A stretch of DNA of 64,000 bases from Stegostoma tigrinum (lineage: Eukaryota): assembly GCF_030684315.1 (NCBI RefSeq), contig NC_081396.1, positions 3,534,001 through 3,598,000 on the forward strand, given 5' to 3'. Under the pieces are notes generated by a model that was given only the letters and a program-made list of their open reading frames with translations, was not told the DNA's origin and searched no databases. Numbering within the stretch: the stretch's first letter is position 1; every line of letters starts with the position of its first letter. Shown in pieces: positions 12,176 through 24,620 of the stretch. Both the position numbers and the translations under genes were made by a program.

Positions 12176-12360
12176 TCGAATGGCCTCTTCTGTGCTGTAT
12201 TGTTCCATGTTCTGTGTCAGCAACCAGTTGTCAGTTCTGCACAAGGGCCACCCGTCTGAAAATGTTAAGTCTACTTTTCTTTTATCACAGATGCTTCCAG
12301 ACCTGTGGGCTTTTCCAACTGATTTATTGCTTTCACAGCTCTTTCTGGTTTATTTTTCGG
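12176..12360 (+). mobile_element. CR1 3'-tail fragment (12176-12217) followed by a decayed Penelope-type terminal repeat fragment (about 12230-12360)
   Basis: tcgaatggcctcttctgtgctgtattgttccatgttctgtg resembles the reverse complement of the CR1 tails at 4016-4075 and 16477-16520. cagttctgcacaagggccacccgtctgaaaatgttaag..cagatgcttccagacctg resembles the reverse complement of 52860-52950. Confidence 0.7.
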
Positions 12361-12399
12361 AGTAGAAGTACAATTATACGTGTAACGTGAATGAAAGGA

Positions 12400-12670
12400 A
12401 AGCCTGAAATGAGAAAAAAATTTAAGTCTAATGGAAACAATGTAACCAGTGTCATTCGAAAATACAAAAATAGCCTCTTTGACCATGTCCATTACCAAGG
12501 AAATCTGTAGGCATTACTTGGTCTGGCCTTCATGTCACTCCAGACGCACAGTAAAGTGATTGCCTGCTTTCTGGAGGGGCAGTGGCAAACTCCAGAATGG
12601 GTGACTTGGGATAATGACGCATTATTGCCGAGACAGCAATGTCGACATTCCATAATTTAATAAAATAAAA
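12400..12670 (+). mobile_element. Decayed shark SINE 3' portion with A-rich tail
   Basis: aaggaaatctg..tggtctggccttcatgtcactccagac..cacag is similar to 63655-63720 and ends in aataaaataaaa. Confidence 0.55.
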
Positions 12671-14249
12671 TATGAACGTGACTAAAACTCTATAAAAATA
12701 TCAATTAATTTAAATTGCTGTGGAAGGTCCTAATGTCCTTTCAAGCATTTTTAATGGAAACTCTGACACGAACTTTGAGCTATGTTGAGTTCTTGGATAT
12801 GTTTTGGTCAAAACGGATTAAACTGTAATGAACTGAATGTTCAAAGTAAATCCAATTGCACAAGAAGCGTTTACTTAAGTGTGGCTTCAAAATATTCATG
12901 ACTGAATTCCTAACTTAAATTAAACTGATACAATTCGAGCCGACTGTTTGGAAATAAATGGCATTTGATGCATTTCATTGTCAAGAAAATTGCATTCATT
13001 TCTGCTCACTGTCAACATTCTTAAAATGAACTTGTTTCGATTTGAAACTTGCCGATAAATAACTTCGATCAACTGCATTTGTCTCCATCAGCAGTTCTTT
13101 GTAGCTGCTGAAGCGTTTATGTAAATAAATGCAGAAATAGAACTCTCAGAATAGATTATACAGCAACAAAAACACAATTTATCCTTTCCCACAAACACAG
13201 CACACTCTTTGAATATGAATTGACGTGAATGTGCTTGAGCACACATTGTTTTATGAGTATACAATCAAAGTAATATCAGTTTTCACCGTCAACCAAAACA
13301 TGCATCTCGAATTGCAAGATACATTGGCACAGCCAATACTTCTGTCTCTGCCTTTGTATCTCTCTCTTTCGCACTTCTCATCCGATTTTCTCGCCTCCAT
13401 TCTTTGTTGTGTAACGACGTGTTTTGCTGATCCACCATCGGAAAATATTTTCCTCCATAACATGAAGTTGATGTACAACTAACATATCCTCTCAGTCCAA
13501 GTAATGCGTCGATATTCGAGTCTCTTGAGGAAGGTTTTCTCGAAAATCTGTCTTTGTGTATCCAGCAATCTTGAATTGCTTAACAGGAACGGATGGAGTG
13601 GCCTTTAAACAGGATCTAATCTGTCATGTGGTGAGAAGGTGAGGCTTTACGGTGATAGTGTTGAAATGGCTTTTCATTGTGTCTCATCAGTATTTCTAAT
13701 AGCTGAAGAATGCTTGATGGCTCAGTGCAATGCACGGTTAATCTATTATTAATCTTTCCTGCATATCTCATGGAATGTTGAAAATTAAAGTGAATTGGGT
13801 ATTTACTCCTTGTCGAGAATGTGGTGTACATGCCCGAGGAGTGTTTGCGTTAAAGGGAATGTTGAAAGCAATTCGACTCTGCATCTAAGTCAGATTATAT
13901 TTGACTTGATTGTGTTAATATGAATAAAATAGAGGAATATTTCTTCTCAACATACTGTGACCGTGCAATCACTACCAGCATCTGATGCAACAATGTAAAG
14001 ACTTCTTTAACTCCTGCCATTGTTTCCTGGTTTCGCCATGTTTCATACCGGAAACAACAGGGACAAATTCCCGCATCAAACGTTTACATTGCAGAGTTCT
14101 GTCTTGTGTTTGTAGAGCCACATGATATATGATATGTGTAACATGTGTACATTTCATGCCTAAAGGCCAATAGTGTGTGACATAGGTTAGTTTATGCGAT
14201 TTTGATCTGCCTTTAACCTTATCTCTTAGTTTTGCTTTGTTTGACGAAT

Positions 14250-17200
14250 ATTCAACAACAGTAAAGGTATATAGGTTTAGTTGTTACATTCGAGAAAGGA
14301 TGCAATCTCACCAAAGTGGGAGAGGGAAGACCAATGGATGATGTTAGGAGGAGTTTATTTTTCAAGAGGAAGTGAACGTGAAGAGCCTCGTTTGTTCTTG
14401 TAAAACATGAAACTCAGGGTAAATATGAAAAAGGATTATCATAATTCTCACTGGCCAACTTAGAGCAAATGTCATTTTTAATGCCAGAAGAATTGGAACC
14501 AGAAGTAAGTATTCTTCCGGTGGAGATTTTTCTTCCATTCAATGACATCATGGTTGAAAATTTAATCCTCACCTCCACACTTCAGCCTCGACCTCACGTG
14601 CATTGATTCCATTACCGATTCAAAATCTGTCCTTTTCGCCCTTGAAAATACATAACAAACCAACCACAAATTTCTTCTACGGTAAAGAATCCCGCAGAAT
14701 CACGATATTTTGGGAGAAGAAATTGTCAACTGCATGAAATTTGTGACCTCTATTTCAAAAACCATACCCTTTGCTCCTAAACTCTTTCACAAAAGGAAAT
14801 AGCATTTCTAAAACAATAAAGCTCCTGAACATAACGAAATACATCTTTCAGTATGTCAACATTCAATATTCTACATTCTGTTGAGAACAGGCCCTGAAAT
14901 ACTCAACGTTCACTCACAGGACACTCCCCACATCCTCGGGGTCATTCTACTGAATCGCATGTCGATGATTTCGCTTTCGACTGGACCTTCTCTTTGATGT
15001 AAGGCCCAAAGCAGGTCCCAATTTTACATCTGTTGTGTGACGACTGCTTGTATAGTTTTAACAAGGTGTATAGTTTCACAGAAACGTATTATGAGAAGAA
15101 AACCTTTCAGGATAACTTATTGCACCGATGAGAGATCCCAATCTAATTGAATACCACTGATAAGCATTTGGTCCAGATTCCTCTAAATTATTCGCTTTCA
15201 TTTTGCCGTCCAGGTTTGTTGTAAATGTTGTAATTCTATACATCTACATTACTTCCTCTGGCAGCCCCTTCCACAGACGGAGCACACTTGGCATGAAAAA
15301 AAAATTAACCAGTCGAACCTTTATAAACATTTCCCCTCTCACCTTATTAGAATGATCTCGATTTTCGTACTCGCACACGCCAAATTTATATATATATGTA
15401 CATATATATATATATAAACTATCAGCTCACCCGTCAAAAATCTGCAGTCGAGAGATAAAAGCCACAGTCTACTCAGCCCCTTCCTTTGTTAAAATCTCCA
15501 GTTCCAGAACATGGGATAACTTTGTCAAACATTTTTCAGGAGAAAACAGAGTAATTTTATAAATGCACTTCGGACAACAGATTAGCTGGTGAGATATGAG
15601 GACCCCCAGAAGATGAGCAAGGTGATAGGTCAGAAGAAGGTTGTCAAATTTGGACTGTTTCAACTAAAGGGAGAGTCTGATCGGCTGAGACTATCTTCCA
15701 TGGAGTGTCATAGGCTGAGGGGTGAACTGATAAAGGCTTATTAAATCATGACGGGCATGGATATAGTGAACAGACAAAGTCGTTTCCCCGCTATAGGAGT
15801 GTCACAAAACCAAATGACGTAATTTTAAATTGGGAGCACAAAGATTTGGAAGAGACCGAAACAGCAACTCTTACCCCCAGAAGTGGTGCACGGACGGAAT
15901 GATCTGCCGAAGGAAGTGATTGAAGCTGGTGTCATTGAAACATTGAAAATGCATCTGAATGGGTAGATAATGAGAAGATTTTGTACGGATGTACGCGAAA
16001 TGCTGGCAAAGAAACCCGATTAATTTAGAATATTTGATCAGCACAGACAAACTGGAGTGAAGTGTCTGCTTCTGTGTTGTTCATTTCTATCAATCTATGA
16101 CTTAATACAGTCTCTCCTTATAATTCAGAACTTCCATTCCCACAATATCCTGATAAATCATTTCTCCAAACTCTCCAGCCTGATAACATATCCCCTATAA
16201 TCGGGTGACTAGAACAGGATACTGTCCAGCAGCAGAGGACTAATCAGCCTCCCGCAGAAAGTCAATATCGATTTGCGCCTCCAATATTCAAAAGTCTGAG
16301 AAATGAAGGCATGCATGCTTAACGCCTTCTTAACCATTCTGACATCATGTGAAATAAACATCAAAGAATATGTCTTTCTGCACTAAAATACCACATAAAA
16401 CACCAGTTTCACGGTAAAACAAAATGGCCTAGTTGTTTTATCAAAACACTATACCTTGAATTGAAATTAAAAGAACACAGAACATAGAACAGTACAGCAC
16501 AGTACAGACCCTTCAGGCAATGATGTTGTGGCGACCCGTTTTACCATTGAGATCAATCTCCTCTGCACAGCCTACATTTTACTCTCCTGTATATGCACCT
16601 ATCCTAGATTCGCTCAGAAGTTTCCAGAGTGTCTGACTCCACTGCCACTGTTGGAGGCATATTCTACGTGCTCACCACTCTCTATGTGAGAAACTACTTC
16701 TGATGTCTTCTCTATCTTCCTCCAATCACCTTAAAATTATGCGCCCTCATAATAATCATTACCACGTTGGGAAAAAAAATGTCTCTGACTATCCACTCTA
16801 TCTATGCATCCCATCATCTTGCACACCTGTAATTAGTCACCTCTCAAACTTCTTTGCTTCCCTGGAAAAAGCCCTAGCTCCTCAAGCTTTCGTCATAAGA
16901 TATGCCCTTCAGTCCTGGCAGAATCCTGGTCAACCTCCTCTGTACACTCTCTGAAGATTCCACATCTTTCCTGTGATGAGGTTGACCAGGACTGAACACA
17001 ATACTCCAATTATGGTCCCAACGGTGTTTTAAAGTGCTGCTGCATAATTGAACAGATGTTAAACTCTAGGCCCCTGCAAAATGAAAGCCAACACATCACA
17101 CACCTTCTTTACAACCGGATCAAATTTACAACAACTTATAGGGAACAATGGACATCGACCCCAAGATCCCTCTGTTCCTCCACACTGTTGAGAACCCTGT

Positions 17201-20200
17201 CATTATGCCTGCATTCTGCATTTAAATTCTACCTTTCAAAATGAATCACTTCATATTTTACTGCGTTGAATTCCCTCTACTATTTCTTTGCCCAGCTCTG
17301 TATTCTGTCAATGTCCTGTTGCAACATACAACAAAAGCCCTCCATACTGTCCACAACCCACCAACCTTCGTGTCATCAGCACACCTATTGACCCATCCTT
17401 CCACTTCATCATCCAAGCCATTTGTAAAGATCACAAAGAGCAGGTCTCCAAGAACAGATCCTTGGGGTATACCACTGGTCACCGAGCTCCAGGCTGAATA
17501 CTTTCCATCTACTAAAATCCTCTGTCTTCTGTTGGACAACTAGTTTTGCATCCAAACAGCCAGGTGCTGCTGATTCCCCTGCCTCCTTCCTTTCTGAATG
17601 AGCCGACCATTTGGATCATTGCCACATGCCTTGCTAAAATCTATATATACCACATCCAATATTCTACCTTCATCAATGTGTTCTTTTCACATCCTCGAAG
17701 AATTCAGGAAAGCTTTTGAGGCATGGCGTGCCCCTCACATAGTCAGGTTGACCATTTGATATCAAACTGCGATTTTAAAAATAGCCATAAATGCTGTCTC
17801 TCAGACTCTTCTCCAATAAACTGTCTACCACAGAAGGAAGGCTGACAGGTCTGTAATTTCCAGGATTATCCCTATTACCTTTGTTGAACAATGGGATGGC
17901 GTCTGCGACCCTCCAATAATCTGGTACTGCTCCAGTGGACAGTTATGATGCGAATACCATTGTCAAAAGGGCAGAAATCGCTTCCCCCGCTTGCTGTTAT
18001 AATCTTGGTTCTATCCCTTATGCCCCAGGAGACTTATCTGCACTCATGATTTTCGAAAAGTCCAGCATATCGTCCTTCCTAACATCAACCTATTCGACCA
18101 TATCTGCCTGTTTCATGTGATACTCACAAACCTCAACGATCCACTCCGTGGTGAATACTGAAGCAAAGTACTCATTAAGAACCTCCGCCACTTCCAGGTG
18201 ATTCTATGGACAGGTACACGCCACTATCCCTGAATGGTCCTCCCCTCATTCTGGCTATTGTCTTGTTTGTCATATAATCGTAGAGAGCCTTGTTTTTTTT
18301 TGCCTTGATCCTAATCGTGAAGGTTCTCTTGCACATGCTTGAAGCTCTCATATGTGCATTCTTCATATCCTTTTTGGTTACCTTGTAGACGTCAAGAGCA
18401 CGACCCGACTCTTGCTTCCTAACCCATAAGTAATTTATCTGCTTAAAGTCGATTTGCCACTCCTCAGTCCACCATCTCAATCAATCAAGATATTTTAATA
18501 ATCTTGGGTTTTGTTTTCACTGTCAACGATAAGACCTATTTTGGTGCCATCCACAAACATACGAATCATGCCTTCTATATTTTCATCGAAGTCTTTCACA
18601 AAAATGATGAACAAAAGCGGATCTAGCACTGAACCTTATTGCACACTACTGGTGACAGACTTCCATTCTGAAAAAAACAACGCTCCACTGAAGGGTCTAG
18701 ACTGGAAAAGTCGGCCTTTCAGCTCTACTTATGCTGCTTGGCCTGCTGTGTTATTCCCGCTCGACACCTTGTTTTCTCCACCACCATCTTTTTCTACTGC
18801 CATTAAGCGAATTTAACATCAAATGGCATCCTCACCCTGAATCATAACATAGCTAATAGGTCGACCAAACGGAAACTTGTCAAAGGATTTATTAAAGTCC
18901 AAGTCAACACAATCTACATCTCTGCCCCGTCAATGCGTTTGGTCACTTCTACAATAAACTGAATCAATATTTTGAGGCAAGACTTTCAACGCAAATGTCA
19001 TGATGACTCTCTCTCATCTGTTCTTGCTCTTCCAGATGCATGCAAATCCTGTCCCTCAGAATCCAACAACTCACCCATTACTGTCTTACAGCTCACCAGT
19101 CTGTGGTTCTCTAGATTTTCCATCCTGCCTTTCCTATTTAAATAGTAGTACCACATGAGCAACACTCCAGGCATCCTGCATCTCACCTGTGTCTATCTAT
19201 GGTACGTACATCTCAGTAAGGGGCCCAGAAATCTCTTCCCCAGGTTCCCATAAAGCTGTAGGGAACACCTCATCATTTGCCTAGTTTCCTAGTTCCCAAA
19301 TGTCCATTCCCCTCTCCACAGTAAATTGCAACACAAAATATTTTGTCGAACCTCACCAATCTCCTCTTGTTTCTCGCATAGACGGCCACGTTGTTCTTTA
19401 AGGGTTTCTATTTTTACCTAGTCACAGAATTGTCCTTAATGTAATTACACAAACATTGAGATACTCATTACTTCCATTTACCATTCTGCCGCATGTCCGC
19501 ATTTGTCCTCCCAAGATGCCTCTCAAGTAAACTTTTACTATAATTATATTCTTGTCAATATACGCTCGATCCAAACAGTCCATATCTCATAATTGCCCTC
19601 CTTTATTTGGCTGGAGACTCAAATTCCCTCCTCATCTAGGATTCCCTACACTGTGCAGCCTTACCCTTTTCACAAACAGGTAAGGGCTGGATCTGAGCTC
19701 TCGTTATCTCAACCTTAAATTCCTCCGGCTTCCCAATCATTCCTTTTGAATGTCGTCTCCCAATCAATTTCGCAAAACTCCTGCCTCAAGCTATCAAAAT
19801 TAGCCACACTCTAATGTAGAACTTTATTTTTTGAGCAGTTCTCTCGTTTTCCTTGACTGTTTCAAAACTGATAGAATTGTGATCACTTGCCCCTAAGTTC
19901 TCCACAAAGACTTCCATTAATTGACCACTGTTCCATCCAGACTGAACGTCAAACTAAATTTCTTCTCCACTTGGTACAACCACATATTGAATAAGAACGT
20001 CTTCTTGTACACAGTGTCAATTTCCTCAACATCCAAACTCTCAACTCGGTGACAGTCTCATTCTGTGTGTGAAAAGTTAAAACCCTGTACCATTCTGCTA
20101 CTTTTCTCACAGATACCTGCGATCCACTTACATATTTGCTTCTGATTTTCCCACACACTGTTTGGAGGCCTCTGATAGAAAGACAACAAAATGATCATTT

Positions 20201-22540
20201 TTCTCTCATTTTGAAATTGAACCAAATGACTTTATTGGCCGGTTTCACAGCAATATCTCCACTTTGTATAGCTGTAAAGGTCTCCGAAATTAAAAGCGCC
20301 ACTCCCGCTCCTGTCTTGCTTCCCATTTTGTCCTGACGAAAGACATACCTCTGGAACATCAACTGCCAGTCCTGTCCTTCTCTGAGGCATTTTGTTCTAA
20401 TTGAGATCTTCCCATTCATACCTTCAGCCCATCTGAATTCTCTGTCAGTCCTGCTGCTTTCAAATAACTCTGGTTAAATTTATCAGTCTTACTTCGTCTC
20501 TGTCATACTCTTGTTGTTTTTGACTCTTAAATTGCTCATATCACCTCCTGCACTGGTCTCAGCCTAACTTTAATCTTAGTAATGCCATGGCTCCCACCAG
20601 TGTCATACATTCCCCTGACTAACTTAAAGCCTCACAAGTAGCGAAAGCACATTCCCCCTCAAGTATATTGGTCCTCTTCCAATTCTGCTTAACCCTTCCC
20701 TCTCACACAGGTCACTTGTACCACTGAAGAGATCCCAATGGTCCAAAAAGGCGAATCTTGTCCCCTGCAAGACATAATCATGTGCCCTGTCCTTCTATTC
20801 CTGCTGTCAAAGTTACATTCGATACGAAATAAAGGCCAACACTAATTTCGCCATCCTTATGAATGGCTGTTAATTTAAAAAGTTAGATTTTCTTGTGATT
20901 TAAGGACCAGCACACGCAAATGTGTTGTGTTGTGTTGATTTCTGAATTCATTTCATATTTCAATAATATTTAGCCACTCTGTTTTAGCTCTCAAACTGCA
21001 TAATCTCACTTTTTCCATCTATTCTCAGTTATTTCATCTGTTTGGCATGAATATGCCAAGTTTTTATTTTCATATTTTGCTGACTCAGGGGTACAGCCAA
21101 TATCCCTCAACATTTTTTTTTGTGTCATATTCACCATTTCCCTTTTCTGATATTCTTGTGTCATTTGCAAACTTACCGACAACACATTGATTTTCCTCAT
21201 GTAAATCATTATTGTGTCTTACAATTATTTGTGCACCAAACACTGATTCCTGTGATGCTACCTTCGTCAGAAGTTGACATCCTGTGAAGTAAAATTCTTC
21301 ATCTAACTATCTTTCTACTTTGATTTTGGCAATCCTCTGTCCACATTAATGTACTGCCTCCAAAGTCACGGGCTCCGAGCTGGTTAAGTTATCATACGTG
21401 TGGCACCGTATCTAATGTCTTCAGAGAATCTCAGCATCTTGCAACTCCTGATCCCTCCTTCTTTTGTATTCTACGTTATCAAATCTTTCTACGTTATTTA
21501 TCAGGCAAAATTTCACTTTCATAAAACTATTTTCTGTCCTCTTGATTATGCTATGTAATATTGAAATGCACTGTTGTTAATTTTTTCAGTCAATGAGGTT
21601 AAACAAAATGGCGTTCCTCACCCTTCATGTTATCTTCTTCTTTTTAAATAAATGTGTTATCCAATTATCAGAGTCTTTTCCGAAATTTTATTACTGGTGT
21701 AAAATTAAACCCAGCATAACAAATGCTTCTGTCATTTTTTAAATCCTTGATTAGATCTCATTATTTGCAATGCACTCAGTCATATTTAGTTCAATGATAT
21801 AAGTGCTTCTTTTCCCCCAGTGAAACTTTCTTTGTTGTATTCCTCACCCTTATTTGGCCCTTGCATATTCAGTCATTTTGGAATTCTACTGTGAAGGCAG
21901 ATGCACAGTATTTTTTCAAAATGTCTATTTCATTATTGTTCCTAAATATGCATTCTGCAGCTCCAATCATGAGGGCGCTATGTTCACTTTGGCCCTTCTT
22001 ATCCGTTCTATATATTTTAGGAAGCGTTTGCTGTCTGTTTTAATATTATCTGCAATTTTAATTTCAATATTTTCCTCCTCACGCCTCATTAATTTTTTGT
22101 TTGCCTTTTGATATTTCTTCAAACAATCTGAGTACTCTCCTGAGCTAACATAATGATGACATTTAAGTAATGCCTCTTTATTCTTTTTTTGATCTCTTTA
22201 ACTTCCCGCCTTAACCATAATAACTTGTTTCCTTCCGATAATCATTTCTTCTCACTGAGATATATCTTTGCTCGGAACCAGGAAATATTAAAATCTTAAA
22301 AGTATGCCATTGCTCTTCATACGTCTTTGCTGCTAAACTTGTTTGAAGTCCATTCCAGCAAGCTTGGCCCTCATTTCTTTGTAATTACACTTCTGTAAGC
22401 TTGTTTCCAAAACAAGTTACTGTCTCTCCAACTGAATGTGAAATTTTATTGTTCCAATCTAATCTTAGAGTCTGTCATTATTTACCAAATTTGCCTCTTT
22501 CTGCATTACTGGATCCAACGTGTCAAGTTATCAGGTTGGA
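14250..22540 (-). mobile_element. Block of nested, decayed CR1-clade LINE fragments (mostly minus strand; plus-strand 3' end at about 15640-16100)
   Basis: Minus-strand RT motifs RRQRILVDGKYSAWSSVTSGIPQGSVLG..IFTNGLDDEVEGWVNRCADDTKVGG (17258-17539), NHRLVSCKTVMGELL (18998-19186), endonuclease EGQDWQL..RQD..KTGAGVALLI (20195-20419). CR1 tail at 16477-16520. Confidence 0.88.
18686..18778 (+). mobile_element. Short Penelope-derived element fragment inserted in a CR1
   Basis: ctgaagggtctagactggaaaagtc..atgctgcttggcctgctgtgtt is the same family as 38116-38272, 43205-43440 and 55618-55718. Confidence 0.7.
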
Positions 22541-22559
22541 TGCACTACATATTGTTTGA

Positions 22560-23550
22560 GGAATCTGTCCCACATATCGCCACAGTAGACAGGTCTCTGG
22601 CAGTGAGCCTGGACCTGCAAGACAGAAGTGAATGGGGTAGAATCGGATAGCAATTGTTGTGCGGAATTCAATAGTAAGAGGCACAGAGAGGCAGCTCTGT
22701 GAACGCGAACGAGATGAATAGAAAGTATGTTGCCTCTTAGGTGCCAAGGTCTGTGACATCTTGGATTGCGTCACTCAAGTTTCTCAAGTGGGAGGGTGAG
22801 CAACCAGCAGTCGTGGTGCACATCGTTGCCAATGACAAAGGTAGAAAAAAGGACTGAGAATGTGAAAAATGTGTGCTGGGAGTAAGGTTGGAAGTTGAAG
22901 ACCGCAAAAAATTCGTGGACCTATCTCTGGATTACTACCAGTGCCACGTGATAACGAGGTAAGGAATAGGAAGGGTATGCATCTAAATAAGTGGTTACAG
23001 TGTTCATGTAGGAAGGAGGATTTCTATTATCTGAATAAGTGGATCATATTCTGGGGAAGGTGGGGCCTGTACAGAAACGACGGGCTGGACCTGAACTGGA
23101 AGGGCACAAATAACCTGGGAGGGAGATTTGCTCAAGTTGTACGGGATGATTTAACCTAGATTGGCGGGGATGGGGAATGGGATATGGAATTCAGTGGACA
23201 TGGTATTCAGCTTTCCAACAGACACAACAGGGAGTGAGTTTGTTCATAAAGATATACACTGGATGGAGCAAAGGTGCGGACACAGGTATGGTTTATGGTG
23301 TGCATACTTCAATGTTTGAAGTTTCAGAAATAAGGCGGATGAACTTAGAGCATGAGTCAGTACTTGAAAGTACGATGTTGTGGCCAATAGAGAAAGTTGG
23401 GTCACTCAGGGGCAGGAATAGTTTTTGGAAGTCCTGGGATTCAGATGCGAAAAAATAAATAGGGAGGCTGGTAAGAGAGGCAGAGGAATGGCATTGTTAG
23501 TTTGGGCTGATATAGCAGCTGCTGAATGGCACTTGGAGAATGATACGTCT
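22560..23550 (+). mobile_element. CR1 LINE 5' part: ORF1 SGNH esterase-like remnant and start of the ORF2 endonuclease
   Basis: Broken frames give NSIVRGT, PAVVVHIVAND, FWGRWGLYRNDGLDLNWKGTNNLGGRF (22941-23159) and GFRC..NREAGKRGRGMALLV (23425 onward). Confidence 0.85.
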
Positions 23551-23554
23551 ACAG

Positions 23555-23665
23555 AAACAGAGATAACGGGAACTGCAGATGCTGGAAAGTCCGAGATCAC
23601 AAAATGTGGAGCTGGACGAACACAGCAGGCCAAGCAGCATCTTAGGAGCACAAAAGCTGACTTTT
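23555..23665 (-). mobile_element. Truncated short Penelope-derived element at the distal breakpoint of the duplicated IgM segment
   Basis: gggaactgcagatgctgga..aaaatgtggagctggacgaacacagcaggccaagcagcatcttaggagcacaaaagctgac matches the reverse complement of 38205-38270 and 55625-55715. Confidence 0.8.
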
Positions 23666-23890
23666 TGCGCACTCATCATTCAGCCTGTGGATTAAGCCTT
23701 CAGACATATTGAGTGAAAGGTGGGCTTACATTAATGGGTGGCAAGTTATTGAAGCATTAACCTAAATGACTGCATGAAACAAAATCAGGTATCAGTATAA
23801 AGTTGTACAAACTTGGGAAGATATATCATTACTGATGACCCTTGAAGAAAGAATTAAGCAAATTCAAGGTTTGTGCATATTCATTCAAGG

Positions 23891-23896
23891 TTTATT
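23891..23896 (-). terminator. Candidate poly(A) signal for membrane-form mu mRNA
   Basis: AATAAA on the minus strand about 450 nt past the TM2 stop codon. Confidence 0.5.
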
Positions 23897-24344
23897 TACC
23901 GTTTCAGACAGCTTTTGTACTGAAACGTTCATGTCAAAATCACCAAAAATGAACATAACGACTCGATGCCACATGGAGATGATAATGCCTGAGCTCGGAG
24001 CTCTGAATTTTACGCTCATCGGTAACAGTAACCAGAGGGGAAAAAAAAGAAATGGGCTCAACTTAAAGGACAGAGAACAATTCTGAATTAGGAATGACAA
24101 GAACAAAAGCACAAATTGTCTTCAAACAATTGGGAAGCAACAAAATTTTGCAACAATAATTATCTTGACGACATCAAACAAGGTAATTTGGAAAACTCAT
24201 TGAATAGTTTCTGAGTTACACACTCTTAAACTGAATAGATCTCACTGCTCGTGTCAAAAAAAGGACAGATGGTATATTTGGATCCCAGTGGCCTCGACAC
24301 ATATAAAATTTCTTCCACGAAGTTCTCTGACGTGGAAAATTCAT

Positions 24345-24353
24345 TCACTTGAC
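24345..24353 (-). CDS. IGHM: IgM TM2 exon (VK*)
   Basis: cttttttcag-type acceptor followed by GTC AAG TGA; completes the conserved KVK cytoplasmic tail. Confidence 0.93.
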   Translation of the reverse strand, partial: VK

Positions 24354-24492
24354 CTGAAAAAGAGTGATTGGGGAATGATTTAGATATCGATGGTCAGGGC
24401 ATTCAGGTGTTAATTTTAATTCAATGACACACTTGGAGATTTCACAAGCCACAGTGGTCTGTTTGAAGCGTGAATGATTTCATTATTCTCAC

Positions 24493-24620
24493 CTTCACCA
24501 GCGTGACAGCAGCACTATAGAAAATGCTCAGGAAGAACAAGGTGATGAACGCAGAAGCTGTTGCCCAGATGTTGCCGTTATCATCCTCATTATCTTCAAT
24601 CCACTTACGATCTATCGAAT
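24493..24620 (-). CDS. IGHM: IgM TM1 exon
   Basis: ttcatag|AT.. gives (D)SIDRKWIEDNEDDNGNIWATASAFITLFFLSIFYSAAVTLVK|gtgaga: acidic spacer and CART motif (T..LF..S..YS). Phase 1 matches the Cmu4 internal donor. Confidence 0.96.

Noticed and set aside
11837-12244. Stand-alone 135-aa gene from the ORF track
   Set aside because: It starts at TTG in TE-derived sequence, with no signal peptide or promoter evidence; it is a truncated Cmu4 copy.
12360-23550. Additional V, D, J or Cmu1-3 exons belonging to the second copy
   Set aside because: No Ig-like ORF or RSS pair was found; most of the interval is LINE/SINE debris.
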